Positions 32,501 through 45,663 of a stretch of DNA of 64,000 bases are shown here, in pieces. The DNA is from Chrysomallon squamiferum (lineage: Eukaryota; Animalia; Mollusca). Both the position numbers and the translations under genes were made by a program. The stretch lies in assembly GCA_012295275.1 (NCBI GenBank), contig CM022676.1, forward strand, positions 248,001 to 312,000, read 5' to 3'. Below the pieces are notes generated by a model. It saw only the letters and a program-made list of their open reading frames with translations. It was not told where the DNA came from and did not search any database. Position 1 is the stretch's first letter. Every line of letters begins with the position of its first letter.

Positions 32501-33847
32501 TTGGTGATTCTGTTATATTTAATGTTATCTTCAAAAACACAGCCTGTGATTTGAATGGATGTAGTCACACATACACACTCAGACAGACAGACACTGAACA
32601 CACACACACACTCACACATAGAAACAAAATGTGACATACATTTTTTATTATCTTTTTCTACCCAGGTGTGACAGAATTTTTAACAGCAGGAATGACGACT
32701 TCTATAGTTCTGTCTGTTTCCTTTGGTATCATCCTGTTTATATCTCTCACAGTGTACTGCTTTAGAGATGGTAAGTTTCTTTTTTATTCACTGAAAATAA
32801 CTCCTCACTATTCCTGAAAACACAAATTAAATATTCCAGGTTAATACTGCAAATAAAATAAACAGGTTCCTTCAGTTTGTGAAATCCCTTCATCAACATC
32901 TTCAGCTGACAGCAGTCTGTTCATTGTCAGTTTCTCAGTGACTGCAGTCTGTTCATTGTCAGTTTCTCAGTGACTAGTCTGTTCATTGTCAGTTTCTCAG
33001 TGACTGTAGTCTGTTCATTGTCAGTTTCTCAGTGACTGCAGTCTGTTCATTGTCAGTTTCTCAGTGATTTCACTTCCAGATGTACCTGTTTCCTTTATCA
33101 CATTAATACTAATGACAAACACACACACACACCTTAATGCATAGCAATATGCAAATAAACTTTACAGTTAAATTCAAAACTAATTTTTCTCTAATATATT
33201 TATGCTTGGCTTGTAAATTGTTGAGGGAAGCAGAATGTGTTGGACATAGCAGTTAATAAATATACAGCAGTAACCTCAACCAGTCTTTTTTATTGATGAT
33301 AATAAAAATATGCACATGTGAACAAAATATTTATTGTTTTATAATTTATAACTTGTATGTCATCATTTTCTTCAGATGCTTGGCTCTTTATGTGTCTTTA
33401 TGTCAATTAGTGAAATATGCTCATTGATAAAATACATTACTCTTGTATTTCCTATCAGGTAGAACCACATGTATACACACAGACAACACACAGTCACATG
33501 TAAATGTGTACACACATCCACACACATGTACGTGCATGTATTGTGTGTGTGTATATTCATATTGCAATTGGCAGTCCCTATAAGCACTCTATGACAAATA
33601 CCCCTCCTTATCACAGTGAGTGAGTACCCTTAGTGACAAAAATCTGTTTGAGATCAATTAATATAAAAACCTACTTGAGGTCATTAATATGAAGGTGTTT
33701 GTTTCTTGTTTAGATATTTCGCCACTGAAGAAAGTGAGGTCAAAACGACTGGCACACGCACAACTTCGCTGTCACACGTGTCGTGGGAGGTCACACGCTG
33801 ACAAGATGAAGTGTTGCCAGTCTAGAAAACACGAGGAGTTTATCTGA
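28819..33847 (+). CDS. IgSF gene C: SP + 39-nt microexon + 2 Ig + TM + short Cys/His-rich basic tail (~291 aa)
   Basis: Exons 28819-28885 (MFPWIIAESLCILFIKLQFAKQ), 29350-29388, 30235-30486, 30925-31203, 32666-32770 and 33714-33847; all phase 1, open frame throughout. Confidence 0.88.
30235..30486 (+). CDS. Gene C first Ig exon (252 nt)
   Basis: SPNNTRTRP..IRCLADAYPPAEFKWFKN..DDSGKVDCVASNVKG. Confidence 0.93.
30925..31203 (+). CDS. Gene C membrane-proximal Ig exon
   Basis: TLQCPLQSMPP..LWTYEG..SFGMYSCTVIG..VFIRVVE; 279 nt. Confidence 0.9.
32666..32770 (+). CDS. Gene C transmembrane exon (VTEFLTAGMTTSIVLSVSFGIILFISLTVYCFRD)
   Basis: Strong pyrimidine tract and cag acceptor, gtaagt donor, 105 nt. 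Confidence 0.88.
32905..33070. repeat. 32-bp minisatellite (GCAGTCTGTTCATTGTCAGTTTCTCAGTGACT)n
   Basis: About 5 units. Confidence 0.9.
33714..33847 (+). CDS. Gene C cytoplasmic exon (DISPLKKVRSKRLAHAQLRCHTCRGRSHADKMKCCQSRKHEEFI*)
   Basis: ttgtttag acceptor, phase-compatible, TGA stop, gtaaat donor 9 nt after the stop. Confidence 0.75.
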
Positions 33848-33986
33848 TCAGAGTAGGTAAATGAATACAGCAGATTCATGTCATTTTAGTCAGCTCAGTT
33901 CATAACCACGTCAATACTTTTCTTGTTTTGTTGACAAATGTGCCAATATTTGTCTCAACATTTCTTTTTTTTTTTAATTCTCAATG

Positions 33987-34034
<48 letters not shown>

Positions 34035-34437
34035 AATTATCATTGCTTTTATTATTATTGTTATTAACATTATTATTATTATTTATTAACATCAATATCA
34101 TTACCATTATTATGTGGATATTTATTGGTTTCAGTCTGTCTGATTGTATCTATCATCTGTCTACTCATTTATCATCTCTATTATCTACATATCTATTATC
34201 TATTAATATAATCACCTTTGTACTCATTTCTCATGTGTCTATCCATGTATCATCTGTCTACTCATTTATCATCTGTCTACTCATTTATCATCTGTCTACT
34301 CATTTATCATCTGTCTACTCATCTATCATCTATCTACTCATCTATCTGTTGTGGTTTTAAAAGAGGTTCTGCTATCTACCAGTCTATTTCTATATCTAAC
34401 TGGCTATGTCTGTTTTTAACCTTGTAATTAACATGTT

Positions 34438-34497
<60 letters not shown>

Positions 34498-34646
34498 ATT
34501 ATTATTTTTATCTTTTTGGTTAATTTCTAAAATATTTTGCTTGTATATTTTCAGGTTGGCAGAGGTTTTCTTTACTGAGTCTGCTTTAGTTCTTACTACA
34601 ACAAAAATGACAGTCTACATCATAATTTTATTTTTCATTTTCTTTC

Positions 34647-34744
34647 TTACTTTTTTTTTCTGAAACCTTTCAATGCTGATTTAACCTTAGTTTCTTCATG
34701 AGACGCTGCAACGTCAGTTTCATTGTGCTTTTCTTTTCTTTTAG
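34647..34744 (-). CDS. Gene D cytoplasmic exon (AKRKEKHNETDVAASHEETKVKSALKGFRKKK*)
   Basis: ttacacag acceptor; basic juxtamembrane start. The exact end depends on the length of an A9 homopolymer. Confidence 0.7.
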
Positions 34745-35210
34745 CTGTGTAATAATAACAAAAACAATAATAATAAAATAACAATCATAATAACACAACT
34801 ATAGTAACAGTAAAAACAGTGGCAGTATTAATATTAAGAAGAAGAATACATCAAAAACAACAAGGTAATATTAATATAACACCACTAATAATAATAATGA
34901 AAGGAAATAGACCTGCACACAAATTTTATTATAAGTTTGTTTTGTATCATCTATTAATCTTATTATTACTGATAATTGTATTTCATTAAATAAAAAATAT
35001 AAAAAATATTTACCAGTTTAATGTTGTTCATATAATAACAGTATAAATGTATTATTACTTATTCATTTTCTTAGGATTATTTATAATTCTTTTTGTTATT
35101 AGCTATAACTTTACTGTTACCTGTATTATTATTTTAATTATTATTATTATTATCTTTTTGTTGCTTATTAACATTACTATTATAATTATTATTTTAATTA
35201 TTATTATTAT

Positions 35211-35242
<32 letters not shown>

Positions 35243-38200
35243 TAACTACTTATGAATGTACCGTAATGCCAGCAGGCTGCTGTTATGATGATGGACAACA
35301 CTGCTCCTACAGCCATAGGAATAATATACAGATTACTTAGGCCTGGGTAAAGAAATGTAATAAAAAAAATTTTTTAATTTAAATATAATAATACCTGATT
35401 TTTCAAAAGATTATGACAACAAAATAAATTCTGGTGAAAAGGCTAATGAAGGAAAATTAAGAATACTTTTTGATATAAATTAAACTGATAGTGAGCCATC
35501 CATGGTAGATGTTACCCAGAGAAAACGTCAAATTTAAAAAAATTAAAAACACAGGTCAGTATTATTACCAAACATGAAGAAACATGGATACCATCAAATG
35601 AAAACAAATATGTCTGCACCTGTGTGTGTGTTTGCACTTAGCACATGTACTTTATTAGACTCACATCTGTATAAATTCATAAATACATACCTATATACAT
35701 ACACATACATACATTCATCAAACCACACATACATATATACACACATTTGTAAACAAATGTGACTGTATGTGCAAGCATACACACACACACACACACACAG
35801 ATATATATTGCACGAATGTAAAAATATTTTTCTAAATTTACAGGCCATGTGTAAGATACATTATTAAGAATTTTAATTACCTGTCTTTGAAATGTCTTTA
35901 TTCTCTGTTGTTTCCTTTACATTAAAGAATATGTCCTCTGATCTTCCTACTGAATTATTGGCAACACAAATGTACAGACCAGTAGGAAAACTTCCATTAC
36001 CAAATGGCATTATTCTTAGAATTAATCCTGTTTCATTTAAAGTGACATTCCCATATTTCCATGTGACGCTGGTCCCTGGGGGATTTGCGTCTGTCTCACA
36101 TTTGAGTGACGCTGGTTTTCCATCTTCCACGTAAACTGTGGTCTTATTCTGCAACGCCTGGGGTTTGTCTTTGGGTAGAAAATAAATAAACATGAAATAA
36201 TTTTTTTTTTAATAATTAAAAAATACATAAATAATCTGGAAATAATAAAAAATTTAAAAAATAACAATTTTAATGTGAAATAATGATAAATTAAGAATAA
36301 TTAATAAAAATAAATAAATAATTAAAAAATACATAAATAATCTGGAAATAATAAAAAATTTAAAAAATAACAATTTTAATGTGAAATAATGATAAATTAA
36401 GAATAATTAATAAAAATAAATTAAATGAAAAAGAAAATATAAATAAATAGCAAGTAAACTGAACACACTGGTCTTAATCAACACTGCACTGTTTATTAAA
36501 ATGTTATAATTATTTTATATAGTTATTTCTGAGTAGGACAGATTATTAGCAGTAATTGTGTTACTGGAAAAAATTCATTTTCTTACACACTTTATTCCTT
36601 TGTATTACCGCTTATATAATACTTTTCCTTTCCTTCAATCTACATTAAAAAAAATTGATTGATAAATAAAATGAAGCTAATTCTTTAGAAATGCAGCCAC
36701 AATTTAAAATTTTATTTTGAAATTAGAATTCTGACAGCAAACAAACATTTATTATTTTTTCCCTTCATCATAAAAAATCAAAAGTGGTGCAATAAAGACA
36801 CATTTAATATTTTTTCCTAACATCACAAAGTTATTACTGACTTCTTAAACAAATATTTATCTTTTTCCCCCTAACATTATGAAAGTTAAAACCAACATTT
36901 ATAAATGTTTGATCATTTAACATGACAATACTAACAGGACACATGTAATGTGCATGAGTAAACTTTTTCTGATGTTAGGATCTTGTGAGTCATGTGACAT
37001 GACAAATTCTTGCTGTCATCAAATCTAGTGAATGTCCTTTTCAGAAGATTTTTTGTGTTAAAAGAATGGTCTTTGTTTGTTGTTACTGCATTGCTGCCAT
37101 CATATCTGTGTCCACCCAGTGTCCAGTAAAGACTGGCTGCTGGAATGCTGAACAGTGCTGTACATGTCAGTATGTACAGGTGACCTTCAATAAGGACATC
37201 TGGTAACTCTACGTTTGGGCCTTGTGGTAGGACTGTCAATAAAAAAAATAACAAATACACCTTAATAAAACAAATGTGACTGTATGTGCATGCAGTTATA
37301 ATATTAGTTCATTTATTCAGTCAATTAATGCATGCATACACACACACACACAGATATATATTGCACGAATGTAAAAATATTTTTCTAAATTTACAGGCCA
37401 TGTGTAAGATACATTATTAAGAATTTTAATTACCTGTCTTTGAAATGTCTTTATTCTCTGTTGTTTCCTTTACATTAAAGAATATGTCCTCTGATCTTCC
37501 TACTGAATTATTGGCAACACAAATGTACAGACCAGTAGGAAATCTTCCATTACCAAATGGCATTATTCTTAGAATTAATCCTGTTTCATTTAAAGTGACA
37601 TTCCCATATTTCCATGTGACGCTGGTCCCTGGGGGATTTGCGTCTGTCTCACATTTGAGTGACGCTGGTTTTCCATCTTCCACGTAAACTGTGGTCTTAT
37701 TCTGCAACGCCTGGGGTTTGTCTTTGGGTAGAAAATAAATAAACATGAAATAATTTTTTTTAATAATTAAAAAATACATAAATAATCTGGAAATAATAAA
37801 AACTTAAAAATATAACAATTTTAATGTGAAATAATGATAAATTAAGAATAATAAATAAAAATAAATAAATAAAATTAAATGAAAAAGAAAATATAAATAA
37901 ATAGCAAGTAAACTGAACACACTGGTCTTAATCAACACTGCACTGTTTATTAAAATGTTATAATTATTTTATATAGGTATTTCTGAGTAGGACAGATTAT
38001 TAGCAGTAATTGTGTTACTGGAGAAAATTCATTTTCTTACACACTTTATTCCTTTGTATTACCGCTTATATAATACTTTTCCTTTCCTTCAATCTACATC
38101 AAAAAAAAAATTGATTGATAAATAAAATGAAGCTAATTCTTTAGAAATGCAGCCACAATTTAAAATTTTATTTTGAAATTAGAATTCTGACAGCAAACAA

Positions 38201-40177
38201 ACATTTATTATTTTTTCCCTTCATCATAAAAAATCAAAAGTGGTGCAATAAATACACATTTAATATTTTTCCTAACATCACAAAGTTATTACTGACTTCT
38301 TAAACAAATATTTATCTTTTTCCCCTAACATTATGAAAGTTAAAACCAACATTTATAAATGTTTGATCATTTAACATGACAATACTAACAGGACACATGT
38401 AATGTGCATGAGTAAACTTTTTCTGATGTTAGAAGCTTGTGAGTCATGTGACATGACAAATTCTTGCTGTCATCAAATCTAGTGAATGTCCTTTTCAGAA
38501 GATTTTTTGTGTTAAAAGAAAGGTCTTTGTTTGTTGTTACTGCATTGCTGCCATCATATCTGTGTCCACCCAGTGTCCAGTAAAGACTGGCTTCTGGAAT
38601 GCTGAACAGTGCTGTACATGTCAGTATGTACATGTGACCTTCAATAAGGACATCTGGTAACTCTACGTTTGGGCCTTGTGGTAGGACTGTCAATAAAAAA
38701 AATAACAAATACACCTTAATAAAATATTAATTATCACAATAGTTTTTGAATTTATTATTAATTATTATTATTATTATTATTATTATCTCTTAATAAAATG
38801 TTTTATTATTGCTGTTGTTTGCAAATTTTATATTGATTATTATTATTATTATCCCTTAGTAAAATATTAATTATTACTATTATTATCTTTTAAGATAGTA
38901 ATTATTATGTTTTTTGTGATTATTAATTATTATTACTATCACTTAATAAAATATTAATTATTGTTATTATTATCTGTTAATAAAGTATTAATTATCATTA
39001 TTTTTTTAACATAAATGATTTTCCAGTTAAAACTGATTAATAATATGAATTACTCTTCCAACTGCTAACATAGCAAAACACCTACAATACTGCTTTTATT
39101 ATTACACTTACTGACACTGCCAATACAACTACTATTACTGCTACTATTATCATTACTACTACTACCCCATTAGTACTACTACTACAAATTCACTACTGGT
39201 CCTACTGCTACTACTTACAACAAACTAATACTATCACAATAATTGCTACTACCACTAATACTACTACCAGTACTATCTCTACCATAACTACTGCTGTTAG
39301 TAATACTTTCACTACAACAATTAATATTGTTACTACTATAATGAAGATCACTATTACTACTAACCATATCATTTGAACTACTGTTTCTAATATTACTAAC
39401 ATAGCTAGTATCACTACTATTTCTAACATAACTATCACTATTACTATTATGACCACCACTACCATTAAAAACCACTGCTACTACTACTGTTACTATCACT
39501 ACACCTGTTACCACTGCTGCTATTAATATAATTATGATCACAACTATCAACTGGTACTACTGTTATTACTCTTCCTAGTACTTTTACAAGTACTTTTTAT
39601 TGTCATTACAGTTATTACCATTATGTTATGTGCATCAGAAAATTATAAATCACTGTCTATTTACCAAGCACATAAAGAGCCCATCTACTAGTTGAAACCT
39701 TCCCATGTACCTCAGCACTGCATATGATCTTTACAGTTGGAAAATTATTCATTTTCCGAGATGCTGTGAAGGTATACGTTGATGTCCATGTACTGGAACT
39801 ACTAGAACTTTCTGTTGAATAATTTCCAGGAAAAGCAAGACCAGGCTGGTCAGTTCTAGACCAGGACAATGTAACATTTGTATCTGATGTGTGAGCCGTG
39901 CACAAAACAGTGAAAGGTTTTCCTTCCACTAGCATCGGTTCCAAAGGTGTTATCGTCACTGTAAGAGATTAAAAAATAATACTAATAAAACTACCATAAT
40001 ATTCATAGCATGTATTTATTATTATGATTCTAGCGAGTTGTACTCAATCAATATGCAGTGAATTTTCGTCTTTCCTATTGTAATACGAGAGATGAAGTCA
40101 GAACTTGTTGAGTACACATTTACATTCATCCTGAAACAAGAAAACCAGAATGAAATGAACAAGAAATTATTACTATG

Positions 40178-40219
<42 letters not shown>

Positions 40220-40686
40220 TATTCATTCATTTATTTATGTATTTAATCTCAGGCCTGCCTTCCAGACCACTCCTAAACAAATGTAATAATTATTATAATA
40301 AAAACTGTTCAAAACGGAACTCTTTTAAATGATTTATATTTTTGATCAGCTGATAAGTACTATTAATGGAAGTATGTCAGTCTCGCCCCAAGATAGTATA
40401 CATAGAAACAGCAGGTTTGATAATAAATTTAAAGTTGATATCTCAGTATAAAATATTAAAAAATAATAATTAAAAAGACCACTATAATAATGGATGAATG
40501 TATTTAAAGATGTTATCTTCACTATAAAAGATTAAAAAATAACAGAATAAAGATCACTGTAATGCAGCCAATAACAAAGAAATTCAGAAACGTATTATTA
40601 TTATAAACTTATTACTTACCTTCTACGTCTGTCTCTACTGTTCTAAATACAACTACAATTACCAGACATAATTCCAAGTCCATCAT
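34647..40686 (-). CDS. IgSF gene D: SP + 5 Ig (nephrin/CD80-like C2 domains; last two exons duplicated) + TM + short basic tail (~569 aa)
   Basis: Exons 40620-40686 (MMDLELCLVIVVVFRTVETDVE), 39665-39958, 38390-38686, 37434-37721, 36936-37232, 35881-36168, 35262-35342 and 34647-34744; all phase 1. Confidence 0.88.
35262..35342 (-). CDS. Gene D transmembrane exon (GLSNLYIIPMAVGAVLSIIITAACWHY)
   Basis: tttctttacccag acceptor, 81 nt, hydrophobic helix. Confidence 0.85.
35881..36168 (-). CDS. Gene D membrane-proximal Ig exon (copy 2)
   Basis: KPQAL..LKCETDANPPGTSVTWK..TGLYICVANNSVG; 288 nt. Confidence 0.92.
36936..37232 (-). CDS. Gene D C2-type Ig exon (copy 2)
   Basis: LPQGPNV..LTCTALFSIPAASLYWT..TFTRFDDSKNLSCHMTH; 297 nt. 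Confidence 0.92.
37434..37721 (-). CDS. Gene D membrane-proximal-type Ig exon (copy 1)
   Basis: Same as 35881-36168 with one S/R difference. Confidence 0.92.
38390..38686 (-). CDS. Gene D C2-type Ig exon (copy 1)
   Basis: Same as 36936-37232 with four amino-acid differences. Confidence 0.92.
39665..39958 (-). CDS. Gene D N-terminal Ig exon (C2-like)
   Basis: VTITP..VEGKPFTVLCTA..LSWSR..YTFTASRKMN..IICSAEVHG; 294 nt. Confidence 0.9.
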
Positions 40687-42659
40687 GTAAGAAATCTGGA
40701 AACAAAAAAAGATTAGAAATTGTAAAAGAGCATTCATTTCATCACAGATTGTTCTTAAAATCATGTCAAAGCATTTAGAAATATACACATTACAAATGAA
40801 CAGTCACACTCACCAAAAAAAAAGAAAAAAAAAGTTAGATATAAAAATATTAATGGACTTTTCTAACAGTAGTTGTCATTATTGTAATAAGATTAGTTTT
40901 TTATTTATTTATTTTATTATTATTATTATTATTTAGTAAATAAAATAGTTGTTTTTAATGGAGTTTTTACTGATACTGTGGCGGTAACCTTTCTTTTTTT
41001 TTAAATATATTATTTATTTCTTTATTTATTTAATTATTTATCGCAGTGAATATTTTGCGGTGAGTTAAACAGTCGCATGCACTCTACATTTTATTGCTGG
41101 GAATTATGGATGCATGAAATGGAGAGAGGGTGTTTCGTACTGGCTTCGTGATCGTTTACGGCGATTGAAAGCAGACTGAAAGCTGATTTGCGTTGTGTCC
41201 CAGATCACTCGTTTCAAAAGAAAAATGAAACGCAATCGACAGAGACTAGTTATACAACAATACAATGCTGCTTCTGGCGTCTACAGCAACATTCTTAACA
41301 ACAGCTTGTGTATTGTTTACTCGGTAGTAGGTATCCAGTGTAAGTAGAGTTCGCTAAACCCAGATGACGTTAGGCGAATTCCTTTGTTAATTGTTTTACC
41401 GATAACAGCTCATCATTTTCAATTCAAATTATACATAATCAGCATTAATATAATTTACAGAAATTAACAAAGGTGTTCATTAAATGTAATTATAATACTG
41501 TAATTGTGTTCTGCTATTAATACTATGTTTTAGGTATATAAAACAAATAAAACTGTGAGTTAATCGAAACGCGCGTTTCCATTTTTTGTGCTGCCAATAT
41601 CCGTTCATTTCAACAAACGATCATGCCTGAATCAGCCCGACAAAACAAATAAACCAATGAGCATTCATTTTGAAGGAAAATCGTGTTTGCATTACGTGAT
41701 CATAGTGAAAACAACGTCAGAGTTATTTTTAAACCTGCAATCGCTCGAACAAAGAAGAAAGAAAAAATGTGTCGTGGAATAAAATTAAAATGGTATCACT
41801 ATTCTTCTGAACAAGTATATATTAGTTCTAGATCAAAATAATGTTGGGCTGAAGTAGTACTTGCAAAGTTTTTCAACCGATGTACCGAAGAGACGGCGAA
41901 CTAATAATAAAAAATGCGGATTTATCGTCTGCAGTTGTGAAAATAGCTTGTATAATGGGCCGGTTCCGCAATGTAATTATTTAGAGTTATCTTCCCATTC
42001 CGCGAATCCTCCTCACTGCCGGGTCGTACCACTTGCTTTACACAAAATGTAATAGTCCCTGGCACCTATAACCACCAATCAGAGCTGCAGTTACAGTAAC
42101 TCCTTGTGATTTTCCACCTCGAACTCTTGACACGAAACCTTTTGATCTAGTCCAACCCCTTATGAGGATCTTAATATGACCCCTTTAAAAAAAATTATTC
42201 AGTAATATCTAGGGTTACCATATTTTCATCAATCAAAGACAGTACAAAAGGAATATATAATCACTATGATGGGTCCCAAACCAATCTACACGTTTTTATT
42301 TATTCCTCCTTCCAAGTCAAGTTGAAAAAAGCTAAAACATACCCTCACTCAAGAATGATCTCGTGACCCTCAGATTGAAAACCTATGCTGTAGGCTATCT
42401 ACTGAAACTTAAGTTATCAAGTTATCTGGATGAAATAAAATGTATAAATAATTATAAGCCTTTCTTTCATTTATTTATTGCTGGTAGACATGCAATATAC
42501 AACAGTGTGAGATCATCTCATTTTTTTTGTTTATCTGGGTAACAGGCAGAGGATTAAGTGTGCACCAAACCTTGGCCTGTGTTGTTATAAACTGTATGTC
42601 AAATAAGCGTATGACCGATGGGAGGTAGTCACTCACAGCGTTTTTAAACGAAACTGGAC

Positions 42660-42667
42660 TGACGTCA
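42660..42667. promoter_or_regulatory. Perfect CRE palindrome TGACGTCA in the divergent D/E intergenic region
   Basis: Exact consensus match; function not shown. Confidence 0.3.
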
Positions 42668-43472
42668 GGGCCTCATTCTGGCATACCTAATAAAACCAAT
42701 TTAAAACTCAACTCTCATCAAAAAGGTTTATATCTTCAATGATGAGCAAATAATATTAATGGGTATATGTCGGTCTCACTCGAAGTCCGTATGCATGTAA
42801 ACAGCATGGATGATGACCATACATTCAATAATAAAATGTTTTTAAACAGCATCTAGTTTCACATAAATACAGGGCGACTTAACGTAGATCTCGCCTGTGC
42901 GAGACATCAACCACATTAATCATTAAAGTTCGTGTCCGAGACGTGGAGTACCTAGCTAAACGAAACTATAAAGTTTTCCTCCTTTTGTTTTCTTTAACCA
43001 ATCTGATCGTGATGTATTGTTGTTCTCATCACTCAAAACTATTAATAATTAGTACTTTAGAAATATGTCCTGATCTAGTAGTGAATTGGTTTATATTTTA
43101 TATTTTAGCGAGAAATCTATGGCAGCCCACATTTGGACATTACATTTGTATATCATAACATTTAGATATATATATATCATGTCAATCAGCGCCGATCAAC
43201 TCTGACCAATCAGCTTTGACTTCCTGTAATGGCAAAAACAAAATCCATGACTGCATTCATTATGGTGTGCAAGAAAATTGGCCCGTTTGAAAGGCCAGAA
43301 TGTGCTTGTAAATATTTAATTATTTCTTTTTTTTATATGTTGAATTAGCAGCAATTCAACAAAATATTCGATCAAATTTATGCTGACAAATCACAAATTT
43401 TACCAACAATTAATGTTACATAATTAATTTTTTATGTCGACAATTTTATCATTTATGAGTTAGTCTTTTAAT

Positions 43473-43528
<56 letters not shown>

Positions 43529-45663
43529 CAGAACTCCTTGATAAACGAAATTAACCGAACAATTTATAAATAATATTAGAATATTCCAGATATTTCTGAT
43601 GTGTGTATGCATGCATACATACATATAAATATACATGCCATTTCTATTTAAATTAAGAAAAATAACTAAGGAACAAAGAAACAAGCAAACAATTAATTAA
43701 TTATCGACAAATATTTTAAGATGGCATTTTCTTGTCCTAATCATGCATACATATTTACATGCCATTTCTATTTAAATTAAAAAATATAAGGAACAAAGAA
43801 ACAAGCAAAAAAATACAAACGTAAAAGATTGTCATCATTTTCTGACATTGATTGCACATTTTATCAAGAGCTGGATTTTTTGTTTTCAATGAAATACAAA
43901 TCTGGTGATTTATTTGGTTTTTATTTTAAACTCTTTAAGCTGCATTTATGGTATTAATGAGTATGGTTAGCCGAATTTTCCATTTTGACATCATTTTACT
44001 GTATATCTACGTTTGATTAGTAAGATTTTGATTACAGCATTAATTCTCTGATATAAAACAGAGCTTCTATAAATGGTTGAAAATGGCAGACAAATAACCA
44101 GAGGGCCAAGGAAACGTCCCACTTTCAGAATATACATCTGTCTGTCTGTCTGTCTATCTAGAGAGAGATAACATACTTTTTATTGTTTAATTTATTTTAC
44201 TGTTTCTTTTTCTTTTTTGACTATTATTATTGTTATTTTAATATATATATACTTATTTCCCACAGTAGATGCTTCATCCAGTTTGATTTCATTAGTACCA
44301 TTTATAATAATTAAAGGTTTTAAAGTTAAAATAAATTTTATTCTAAATTATTATTAGTAGTCTTATTCCCCTCAGGACTTATTATAATTATTTTCGTTGC
44401 GGTTTTCGTATATTATGTGATGACGTAGGAGGATTAATGAACCACATTAACCAAAGGATAATCTATAAATATGATTTTTTACCATCGCCAGAAGTTCAGA
44501 CTTATTTGACGTCGTTTAGGCCCTATCCGGTCTTCTTTATATTCTACGTCACTGAAAATGTTATTTTTGATCGAAAGGTGAAATCATTGGGTAAGTGTGT
44601 CATTTACTTATCTGTTTACATGTACTATTGTTTCTCGATATTTTTACTATACAAGCTTTAAAAATATTAACAAAAATCTTAACAGCATAATTATTTATAA
44701 CGGTGAATGACAATAAATATCAGAGACATAGTATAGTTATGATGTATGTAATACATTCTGTATCAAAATCTTAAAGAAAACTTCATCTCTCAGCTATACA
44801 TTTAATTCATTTAAAACTCAGAGTATTTCTATGCAAACAGCTTGAATGTTTCGCATTTATGGCGGGTGCCATGGTGTAAAAAGATGCTGAAATGTCTACA
44901 ACGTACCTCACGTCGTTAATTTTCTGCGGATCCGTTCTGATAGATACTAGCTTCATTATCTCCCTTGCTAAGTTCCTTCTCCGAATGCCGGAAATTGCAT
45001 CTGCTCAATTCTGATTTAAAACATTTTCAGGGGGCGGGGAACATGACCCATGACTTATAGAATCGGTTACCCACCCCTATATAAATGTCTGCTTACGGGC
45101 ATGTATACTAATATTTATATTGCCAATACTGAATAAATATCACCGTCATAAAATTACAATAGTGACAAAAAATTATATGAAGAGGAATTATATGAGCAAT
45201 AAACAAAATCGACTGAAACGTGAATAGTGACTTTTTTCTGAAAAATAGCCTACGCTGACTTTATCTGTAAATAAAAAGAACATTGTTTCATTAAAAACGT
45301 ACAGAGCAAGCGCATTATCTATTAAAGTGTGGAGCTAAAGTGAAAGATTGAACGTGTTTGTGTGTATGTGTTATATGCACGTTTCATTATAAGGTGGAGA
45401 TTTTTACGAGTTCGATAATTTACCACAACCTAAGGGTTTACGTATTATATCAATATTTTAAATAGAAACTTTACTTAGAATTGTGAAATGCCTAATAATA
45501 ATCTGTTTATCAAGAACAGAACAATAACAACAGTAATATCATGTCTATGTTAATAAAAAATAACAAAACAGTAACAAACATTTTCTTTCAGTACAAATAT
45601 GTGACTGACAGCTGGCTAGACATCAATGTCTTTACAATCACTGATGACATTTGCAATGACGTA

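Larger units (their letters stand above)
35750..38723. repeat. ~1.5-kb intragenic tandem duplication carrying two Ig exons
   Basis: Copies ~35750-37270 and ~37270-38723, nearly identical apart from indels. Confidence 0.96.

Noticed and set aside
40020-40130. Acceptor-bounded segment between the gene D signal exon and first Ig exon (possible relic exon)
   Set aside because: In phase 1 it hits TGA immediately; no donor or Ig motif is recognisable.
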